Part shown: positions 52,763-62,152 of the stretch, piece by piece
Numbering within the stretch: the stretch's first letter is position 1
Layout: every line of letters starts with the position of its first letter
NCBI GenBank assembly: GCA_014905635.1
Contig: CM026547.1
Location: 1,798,001-1,862,000 of the forward strand
Direction of reading: 5' to 3'
Source of the DNA: Scenedesmus sp. PABB004
Taxonomy: Eukaryota
DNA length: 64,000 nt
The notes under the pieces: model-generated
Told to the model about the DNA's origin: nothing
The model's input: only the letters and a program-made list of their open reading frames with translations
The model's database searches: none
Program-made: the position numbers and the translations under genes

Positions 52763-53619
52763 TCTGCCCCCCGGCGTGCGCGCAGTTCAAGCCGCCGCGC
52801 CACCCGGCGCACCACGTGATGCTCGCCTCGGACGACGTGGCGGAGCTCTTCTATCGGTGCGGCGCCCGCCGCCGTCGGCGACCGCGCCGGGGCCGCCCGG
52901 GCCAGCGCCGGCGGGGGCCAGCGAGCGGCGTACGCTGCGGCGCCGGCGGCGGCGGCGGCCGGCCCGGCCACACCCGCGCGGCGCGGCATCCGCAGGTGCC
53001 GCGTGGTGTCGTGTGACGAGCGGCACGTGGAGCTGCAGTACGTTGACCTCCAGGCGCGCCGCGCCGCGGGCGTGGCGCCCGCGCGCCGCTGCCGCCACCG
53101 CGCGCCCCGCGCCGACGCGCTCCCCGCGCCCCCGCCGCGCAGAGGCAGCGGCCCGAGCGCGTGCCGCGCACCAGCGTGCGCCTCTGGCACGGCAGCAACG
53201 ACAAGGTGCGCGCCGCGCCCGCGCGCGGCGCCGGCGCGGGGCGCCGCCGAGCGCTGCCGCGCCCATGCGCCGCAGGCGGCGTGGACGCAGGACTATGACC
53301 GCGTGACGTGGCGGCCCAACTGCCGCCTCTACAAGATTGACAAGGAGGCCATCCGCCGCGCGGCAGAGGACGCGGCGGCCGCGGCGGCCGCGGGCAGCGG
53401 AGGCCCCGGCAGCGCCGGCGCGAGCGGCGGCGGCGGCGGCGACGCCGACGGCACACCGGAGCAGCACGCCGCAGCGGCGGCGCCCAAGCTCACGCCGCTG
53501 CACACCCTGCAGGCGCTGCAGCACCACCTGTTTGGGGGCGGGCGGTCGCAGCTGTCGCCGCGGTCAACGCCGGTCAAGGTGGAGGCGACCGGGCTCGCCG
53601 CGGACGCGCCGCCCGCTGC

Positions 53620-53681
<62 letters not shown>

Positions 53682-56194
53682 GCGTCGATCGCGTGCCAGC
53701 AGGCGAGGTCGGCGCGGGGCTGCCGCCCGTGGTGGGCGGCTCAGGTGCGCGGATGCCCCGCCCCGCTGCCCTGCCCGCGCGCACGCGCGTGAGCGCGCGG
53801 CCTCGCCGCCGCCGCCCGCAGGCCAAGCCGCGTTTGACGCCGCGCTGCACGCGCTCTGGCGGGCGCGCCTGGGCGGGGACTACCCTGGCCGCATGCCGCA
53901 GCCCTGGCTGGTGGGCGGCACGCCGGTCGCGCCGTGGCACGTGTGGCGCGAGGTCTGGGCGTGGGGCGGGCCGGCCGCCGTCAGCGCCAACAAGGTGCGC
54001 GCCGCTGGCGGGGCGCGCGCGCCGCCGGCGCGGCGGGCGCCGCCGCCACGGCCGCGCCCTGGGGTGCCTCCCGACCTCCCTTGACGCCGCGTCGCAGCTG
54101 TGGGCCACGCTGGGCTACAGCTTCAACCCGCCGCCGGAGCAGTGCGGCACGGCCCAGGTGTCCACGCGGATAAAGCGGACCTACGAGGCGCTCGTGGCGC
54201 CGCTGGACGAGGCGCGGCGAAGCGCCGCACGCCCGTGGCGGGCCGGCGCGCGGGGCTGCGGCCTGGGCGCGGCCAGCGTCCGGCGCGCGCGTGGCGGGCT
54301 CGCCGGAGCCACGCGACGCCGCCGCCTGCCCGCCCGCCCGCCCGCCCGCCTGCCCGGCCGCCACGCAGGCGATCGATGCAGGCAGCGTCGCGCTGGAGCG
54401 CCCCGCGGTGTGCCGCGCGCCCAAGGACCGCGCGCTGCAGCTGCGCCCCGACGCCGCCGCGGACGCGGCGCGGCGCGCGGCACGCACCCGGCGCCGCGGC
54501 GGCGGCAGCGGCAGCGGCGGCGGCCGCGGCCGCGGCGCGGGGGCGTTCAAGAAGCGCAACAGCGGCTGGCGCGAGCGCTGGAGCAGCGACGACGACGAGG
54601 ACGCGCCGGACGTGGGCAGCCAGTATGACGACGGCGACGATGAGGGCGAGGAGGAGGAGGAGGAGGACGCGGCGGGGGCCTCGGCGGCCGGCGCGTCGCC
54701 AAGCGCAGCCGCAGCGGCGGCGGCGGCGGCAGCGACGGCGAGGACGGTGCGCGTCCGCGCGGGGCGGGGCGGGGCGGGGCGGGCCGGGGCGCGCGCGCCG
54801 CGCTCCCACGGATCCCTGCTCTGCTGAGCACCTGCTCACGCCGCCGCCCCCTCCCTGCACGCCGCGCCGCGCCGCGCCAGGCCCGGCACGTGCTGTGGGC
54901 AGCAGGGCGTGGCCCGGCGGCGCGGGCGCCGGCAGGCCGCGGGAGGCGGTGGAGACGGTCGGCCGCCCCACGCTGTCGCCGGCTGCGCAGCAGCTCGCGG
55001 TGGGCGCGCGCACGGCGCAGCGGCCGCCGGCAGCGCTCGCCTCCCCCAGGCCCCTCCCCCCGCGCCGCTGAGCGCGCGCCGCCGCGCCGCGCAGGTGGGG
55101 CAGCTGGTCGACTTCCGCCGCTGGCTGCCGGGCGGCGAGGGCTGCGCCAGCGGGTGGCGCTCCGGCAAGGTGCTGGCGATCGACCCCGGCAGCGCCTGGG
55201 AGGGCGGCGCGCGCCTGCTGGTGCAGCCGCGCCACCACGATCACGGGCACCGCGCCGCCAGCGCCGCCAGCGGCGGCGCGCGCGCCCCGGCGGACGCCAC
55301 CGCCGCGGCGGCGGCCGCCGCCGCCGCGGCCGCGGCGGCGGGCCTGGCCGGCACGCCCGACGCGGCGCAGAGGCTGCTCACAGCGAGCGGGCACCTGCGC
55401 CACGAGGTCGCTGGGCTGCTGAGCGGCGCCCCGCGGCCGGCCTCGCCCAGGCCCGCGTGCGCCGGCGCGGAGCCGCAGGACGACGCGGGCGCCGACGCGC
55501 CGGCGTGGGTGCCGCTGCTGCTGCGGGGGCCGGCGCAGCAGCCGTTTGAGGTGCCGCTGGCGATGGTGCGGCCGCACTACGTGCCGGAGCCGGCGCAGGC
55601 GCAGGAGCAGCAGCAGATGCAGGAGCAGCAGCCGGTGGACCCGGCGCCGGCGCCGCCCGCGGCGGCGACGCCCTTTGCGCAGGCGCAGGCGCAGGCGCAG
55701 ACGGCGCCGCCCGGCGGCGCCGCGCCCGCGCCGGGCGCGCTGGTCGAGGCGCTGCGCGCGGGCGGCTGGTGGCCGGCGCAGGTGGTGTCGGTGGACGCGC
55801 CGGGGCAGGGCGCGCAGCCTGACGCCGCCGCGGGCGCCGCGGACGCCGCGGAGCCGAGTGGCGCGCCGCCGGGCGCCGGCTGCGTGGTGCTGCGCAACCT
55901 GGCGCCGCCCGAGGGCGACGGCGCGGTGTGGCGCTGCAGCATCGATCACGCGATGCGGTGCGCGCGGCGCGCGGCACGCACGCCCGCGCAGCGCTCCGCC
56001 CGCGCAGCGCCGACGCGCCCGCCCCCCCCCGCCCCCGCACCAGGCCAGGCCACCCGGAGGCGGGCCAGGGCTACGGCCTGCTCGCGGCGCGCCAGGACGA
56101 CGTGGTCGCGCTCTCCGCGCTGCGCAAGGCGGTCGCGCCCTACACCTACGCGGGCGGCATCAGCGCCTTCGCCTGCCTCGGCCACCTGCCCTGA
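52334..56194 (+). CDS. Chromatin protein with PHD finger, ARID-like domain and Agenet/Tudor-like domains
   Basis: PHD: CGACRAGGELLCCEGCPASFHAPC...VPDGDWFCWFC. ARID-like: VWREVWAWGGPAAVSANKLWATLG...IKRTYEALV. Agenet-like: VGQLVDF...GWRSGKV and GALVEALRAGGWWPAQVV. Confidence 0.78.
53621..53680 (+). repeat. Perfect (CAG)20 polyglutamine tract
   Basis: Read directly. Other CAG tracts occur in MED25 (~34045-34680) and ATAT1 (~50738-50775, minus strand). Confidence 0.9.
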
Positions 56195-56290
56195 GGGGGT
56201 AAAGGGAGATCAGCGGGGTAAAGGGAGACCGCCGCAGGCCCAGCGCTCGCTGGCGGTTGCAGCGGTTGCGCCGCCGCCCCCGCCGGACGC

Positions 56291-56760
56291 CCCGCGGCAG
56301 CCCGGCAGCAGCCCACGTCGCGCGCGCGCCGACACGCATGTCGCGTGCGCCAGCGGCGGCTGCCCGGCAAAGCCCTCGCGCGGTGCCCGTCCCCGTCATG
56401 CGCCCCCGCGCCTGCCGGCACGTCGCCCCCTGAAATGGCCGCGCCTCGCCCCCGGCGCCCACTCCGACACGGCCCCGCAGCACCCCGCGTCCGCTCAGGT
56501 GCGCCGGGGGCCCTCGGACGGCGTGCCCCGCCCCGCGCTGGGCTTGCCGCGCGATGCGCCTCCGCCCCGGCGCGGCGCGCCCGCGCGCGCCCGCACCCGC
56601 CCCGGACCGAGCTCACCGCCCTGCCCGCCACGCACCGCGCCGCCCGCCGCGCTGCAGGGGCCGCGCGCCGGCCCGCTCGGCGAGAGCGCATCGCCACCTC
56701 CGCCAGCGCCTAAGCACCGCTTGCCACGACTCGCCGCCTGCCGCCACCGCTCGTAGTCAC
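56291..56760. repeat. Direct repeat A, copy 1 (~470 bp)
   Basis: Nearly identical to 60316-60785. Confidence 0.95.
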
Positions 56761-57621
56761 CGCACATCACCTCCACGCCAGGCCACCGCCTGCCGAGCAT
56801 CCTCCGCGCCGGCACGTCGCGCCATCGCATGCCATCCCACGCGACCCCCTCCGCCACGGACAGGCGCTCCACCATCGCCAGCGCCAGTCGCCCTAATCTA
56901 GTCAGCACACCGTGCATTGCGTCAGCGCATCGGCAGGGCAGGGCAGCACGGCAGCCAGTCAGCCACCCCAGGTCGGGCCGCGCGCGCGCGCGCGCTCGCT
57001 CGCTGAGGCCCCTTCCCTCCAGGCCCCTGGATCCCACCGCGCCACGCGACGGCACGCATCCCGGCACCAGGCGCGTCCGCGCGCGCTGTGGGCGCCTGCC
57101 TGCCGCCGCCCCACGCGCGCCGTGCGCGCGGGCCTCACCTCGCCCGTTCGCCGCGCGCCCACGCGCAGACCGGACCCCGGACGCTCCAGACGACGGACAG
57201 ACAGGAGGACGCCAGCCTGAAGAGATGAGGACGCCAGCCTGAAGACCAAGTCCCACGCAAGACCTGCATCGCACGAGGTGCGCCGCTGGCGTGCCGGGCG
57301 CCGGCCGAGCGCGGGCGCGCGCGCCCCCCGACGCCTGCACCACGCTGCCGTCGCGCGCGCGCAGGCTCGCCGTCGGGACGGCCAAGCGCGCGACTGGAGT
57401 CTACGCGGCACGCGAGGGGGGACTTCCGGACGACCGACGACATCGCCGACCCGTGCCGTGCAACGCGACGACCGACACGCCAGCGCGCCTGCGTCAGCTG
57501 CGGGGGACGGGGGACGCCAGCGAGAGAGAGCGAGGGGCATGGCAACCAGGCGGGGCTTTTAATGGATCAGCGACTGGTTGAACACGGGCTTCAGGCACCA
57601 GCGACGCCACGCACGCCTCGG

Positions 57622-58370
57622 GTGAGCGCGCGCGGCCGGCGCGCGCGCCCGGCGACCCGCGGCAGGCGCTCTGCCCGCGCGCGCTGCTCGCGGGTCCCGC
57701 CGACTGGTCGCGTGTGGCGTGGCTGTTGCGTGTGTGCGCGTCCGGGTGCGGTTGTGTCGCAGGCCGCGCATCGCTGCACACCGCGAGCGCCAACGCCGTC
57801 CGCCAGCGCCCGTCACGCCGCCAAGGTGAGCGTGCAGCGGGCGCGCGCGCCCGGCGACCCGCGGCAGGCGCTCTGCCCGCACGCGCTGCTCGCGGGTCCC
57901 GCCGACTGGTCGCGTGTGGCGTGGCTGTTGCGCGTGTGCGCGTCCGGGTGCGGTTTGTGTCGCAGGCCGCGCATCGCTGCACACCGCGAGCGCCAACGCC
58001 GTCCGCCAGCGCCCGTCACGCCGCCAAGGTGAGCGTGCGGCGGGCGCGCGCGCCCGGCGACCCGCGGCAGGCGCTCTGCCCGCACGCGCTGCTCGCGGGT
58101 CCCGCCGACTGGTCGCGTGTGGCGTGGCTGTTGCGTGTGTGCGCGTCCGGGTGCGGTTTGTGTCGCAGGCCGCGCATCGCTGCACACCGCGAGCGCCAAC
58201 GCCGTCCGCCAGCGCCCGTCACGCCGCCAAGGTGAGCGTGCGGCGGGCGCGCGCGCCCGGCGACCCGCGGCAGGCGCTCTGCCCGCACGCGCTGCTCGCG
58301 GGTCCCGCCGACTGGTCGCGTGTGGCGTGGCTGTTGCGCGTGTGCGCGTCCGGGTGCGGTTGTGTCGCAG
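57622..58370 (+). repeat. Tandem array, 203-bp unit x ~3.7; each unit is a GTGAG...CGCAG intron-like part plus a 63-nt exon-like part
   Basis: Units start at 57622, 57826, 58029 and 58232. Confidence 0.93.
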
Positions 58371-59454
58371 GCCATCGCCGTCACGCCATGCTCGCCATCA
58401 TCCAACGCACCCCGCCGCCACCAGCGCCAGCCACCACCACCAGCCCCAGCGCCACCACCACCACCAGCGCCAGCGCCACCACCACCAGCCCCAGCGCCAG
58501 CGCCAGCCCAGCGCTCCACCACCTCAGCTCAGCGCGCCAGTACGCCACCTGCACACGCGCGCCAGCCTCCGGCAGCCCGCTTCTCCGCCTCGCCGGTACG
58601 CCCAGGGCACGAGGTGAGCGCGCGTGTGGCGCGCGCTGCGCAGAGGCTGTTGCTGCCGCGGTCGGTCGGGCGCCACTCACCCGTGCCTGGCGCGCGCGCG
58701 CGCAGGGTCTGCGGGCCATCCCTGCCGCCTCGCGGCCGAGCCTCCACCTCCTGCCTGCCTGCCGTCCCTGACGTGCGTGCGTGCGGCGCGGAGCATGTGC
58801 GCTGGGCCCGTCAGCGAGCCAGCCGGCAGCGAGCGCGGCGCCGCGCCAGCCCGTGCACGCCTGCTGCTGACTGCTTCTGGCACGCGATTGCTGCGGCCAT
58901 CGCCCCACCCTCGTGGTGGTGGCGATGGCCGCAACGTGTGCCGTCGTCAGGCCGACAGACGTCGGGCGTGCGTGTGGGCGAGCCTGCCGCCGTGCGTCGC
59001 TCCTGGTGGGTGGCGTCCACGCGCTGCTGCGTGTGGCTGTGCGCGTGGGGCGTGCAGCGCGCGGAGCGTCGGGCGGGCTGCGGCTGACCGTGTGCGCCCG
59101 CGTTTGCCGCGGCCCCCACCCCTCTCCTCCCTGGGTGGGGGCCGGTGCGCGCCGCCGGTGCAGGTTGAGGCCGTGAGGGTTGACGAGGCTGCGGGCTGCC
59201 ATCGGCTGCTGAGGCTGCGAGCGGGAGGGCGCGCGCGAGGGGGTCCGAGGCACCGGGTGCTGCTGCTGCTGCTTCTCGTGCTGCTGCAGCGCGTCGTCGT
59301 GGGAGGTGGATGGATGGATGGATGAGGCCTGCTGCTGCCGACCTAGAGCGACGTCGCCGCCGCGCCATCGGGCAGCGAGTGAGAGGCCAGCCCGCACCCT
59401 GCGTCTGATCACTGGTTCCATCGTTTGCAGCGTGCCTGCGCCAGCGTGCTCGCG

Positions 59455-60004
59455 GCTGCTCTCGCGTCTGTTCGCTTGCACTTGGGCAGTTCAGATGTAG
59501 TTTCGGTCGGGCAGCCATAGGCGGGCGATCAGGTCAGGTTCGGGTAGGTCGGGTCAGGTGCGGGGCGCGCGCGCGGGGAGGGGGGGGCACTGACTCGCCG
59601 CCGCTGCAGGGGTGCCCTGGAGCTGCTGGCTTTGCGACACGGTGCTGCTGCTCCTTCAGGGGAGTGTCCTGTTTGGGGTTTGGGTGTTTTGCGGGTTGTG
59701 CCGCCGCTGCCGCTTGGGGGACGGCGCTCACTCCTGGGGCGGCGCGCGGGGCGTGTCAGGGCGGCCCGTCGGGCTCATCGGCCCGGCGCGGCCTGGTCGT
59801 CGTGGTGTCTGGCGCGCGACTCCAAGTGCCTCTGCGCACGCGGACGACAGCCCAACAGCACGCGGTCGGCCGGCGCCACGAAGCCCAGGCCACGCGGCAA
59901 GCCAGGTAGGCGCCCGGCCGGCTGCCCGCGCCGCCGCCACGCGCCGGTCGCGCGCGCGCTCACGCCGCGCGCGCGCGCCTCGCGGCCGCAGGGGCTGCCC
60001 CCTC
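59455..60004. repeat. Direct repeat B, copy 1 (~550 bp)
   Basis: Nearly identical to 60951-61504. Confidence 0.95.
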
Positions 60005-60315
60005 GGGGGCGCCTTGCCTCTGGCACACGGCGGCCTGAAGCCTCCCCCTCTGCGCGCAGTAGGTGAGCGGCGACTTGGCGCGCGAGGGGCGTGCGAGGGG
60101 CGTGCGACGGGTGGGCCGTGCCCGACTGCGGCCGCCCCGCTCGCGGCGCAGGGCCGCCGTCCCCCCAGCGGGGTGCTGCGTTGGTGTCGGTGTGTGCGCG
60201 GGCGCTGCAACGCGCCTGCCGCCGCTGGCCTGGGCCTGAACTGGCGGGTAAAAGAGAAAAAAGAGCGCGCAGCGCGGCCCTCCGCTCACATCCGATGCGC
60301 GCGCCGCCCCAGGCG

Positions 60316-60785
60316 CCCGCGGCAGCCCGGCAGCAGCCCACGTCGCGCGCGCGCCGACACGCATGTCGCGTGCGCCAGCGGCGGCTGCCCGGCAAAGCCC
60401 TCGCGCGGTGCCCGTCCCCGTCATGCGCCCCCGCGCCTGCCGGCACGTCGCCCCCTGAAATGGCCGCGCCTCGCCCCCGGCGCCCACTCCGACACGGCCC
60501 CGCAGCACCCCGCGTCCGCTCAGGTGCGCCGGGGGCCCTCGGACGGCGTGCCCCGCCCCGCGCTGGGCTTGCCGCGCGATGCGCCTCCGCCCCGGCACGG
60601 CGCGCCCGCGCGCGCCCGCACCCGCCCCGGACCGAGCTCACCGCCCTGCCCGCCACGCACCGCGCCGCCCGCCGCGCTGCAGGGGCCGCGCGCCGGCCCG
60701 CTCGGCGAGAGCGCATCGCCACCTCCGCCAGCGCCTAAGCACCGCTTGCCACGACTCGCCGCCTGCCGCCACCGCTCGGAGTCAC
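60316..60785. repeat. Direct repeat A, copy 2
   Basis: Nearly identical to 56291-56760. Confidence 0.95.
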
Positions 60786-60950
60786 GACGACACGGCGCCA
60801 CGCCTTTATTACATGTTGCATGCGGAGCTCTGCATGGTCCCTCCGGTCGAGCGCAGTGCGGGGCACGTTGCTGCATGCCGCCGCCGCCTAGTGTGACCAG
60901 ACAAGATGCCCGCCGTCACATGGTTGGAAAACCAACCGAGGCCCCATCGC

Positions 60951-61504
60951 GCTGCTCTCGCGTCTGTTCGCTTGCACTTGGGCAGTTCAGATGTAGTTTC
61001 GGTCGGGCAGCCATAGGCGGGCGATCAGGTCAGGTTCGGGTAGGTCGGGTCAGGTGCGGCGCGCGCGCGCGCGGGGGGGGGGGGGGGCACTGACTCGCCG
61101 CCGCTGCAGGGGTGCCCTGGAGCTGCTGGCTTTGCGACACGGTGCTGCTGCTCCTTCAGGGGAGTGTCCTGTTTGGGGTTTGGGTGTTTTGCGGGTTGCG
61201 CCGCCGCTGCCGCTTGGGGGACGGCGCTCACTCCTGGGGCGGCGCGCGGGGCGTGTCAGGGCGGCCCGTCGGGCTCATCGGCCCGGCGCGGCCTGGTCGT
61301 CGTGGTGTCTGGCGCGCGACTCCAAGTGCCTCTGCGCACGCGGACGACAGCCCAACAGCACGCGGTCGGCCGGCGCCACGAAGCCCAGGCCACGCGGCAA
61401 GCCAGGTAGGCGCCCGGCCGGCTGCCCGCGCCGCCGCCACGCGCCGGTCGCGCGCGCGCTCACGCCGCGCGTGCGCGCCTCGCGGCCGCAGGGGCTGCCC
61501 CCTC
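60951..61504. repeat. Direct repeat B, copy 2
   Basis: Nearly identical to 59455-60004. Confidence 0.95.
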
Positions 61505-62152
61505 TCGCGGGCGTCCCTGGGCCACGCCTTTGTTACATGTTGCTGTACATGATGCCCGCCGTCACCAGGAAAACTGACCGAGGCCCCATCGGCCGCACGC
61601 ACGCTCAGCATCGCTCACCATGCAACGCAAGCCGCCAACCGCTGTCGCCCACGAGAGTCTCGCCGTCGTCGCAATCCAGCGGAGGGGCGGGCTCGCACAA
61701 AACTGTCACGCAGAGAGAGAGCACGCACGCAGGGGGGCAGGCGAGCACGCACGCAGGGGGGCACGCAGGCGCAGCCAGAGCACACCTTTTATCTTTATCG
61801 GCTGAGCCAGCAAAGGAACAAGGCACGCGGAAGAGGCAGAGTGCATGCAGCGCTGCCGGCTGGCGCGCCGCCCAGCGCTCGCACCCAGTCGCAGCCAGCA
61901 GCGCGTGCAGCAACAGCAAGCAATGTTTGCGCGGCCACGCGGCCAGGCGCAGGCTGCAGCAGCATCAAGGCGCGAATTGCGATGCGATCGCAATTCGCGC
62001 GCGCGCGGGCGGGCGCCGGCCAGCGGCCGCCGGCCGCACCCCGCGCGCTCCACCACCCTCAAAATCCCGACGCCCGCGTCGGCCCCGCGCTCACCCCCAC
62101 CCCACGCGTCGCGCCGCGCCGCGCCGCCGCTCAGTTGACGGGGCGCCGCCGC

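Larger units (their letters stand above)
56291..61504. mobile_element. Candidate non-autonomous retroelement with split direct repeats (A...B-A-B), TOC1/PAT/DIRS-like layout
   Basis: Supported only by repeat arrangement, internal tandem array and absence of host-like genes. No RT or tyrosine recombinase ORF seen. Confidence 0.4.

Noticed and set aside
56495..56916. Minus-strand ORF MHGVLTRLGRLALAMVERLSV... as a transposase or gag
   Set aside because: It has no recognisable motif and is not distinguishable from chance ORFs at this GC content.
57622..58370. CRISPR-like array
   Set aside because: Units are 203 bp and essentially identical, with no unique spacers. There are no cas genes and the context is eukaryotic.
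59480..59560. Hammerhead ribozyme in repeat B (minus strand CTGATCG...GAAAC)
   Set aside because: The core is not CUGANGA and stems I-III cannot be built convincingly.
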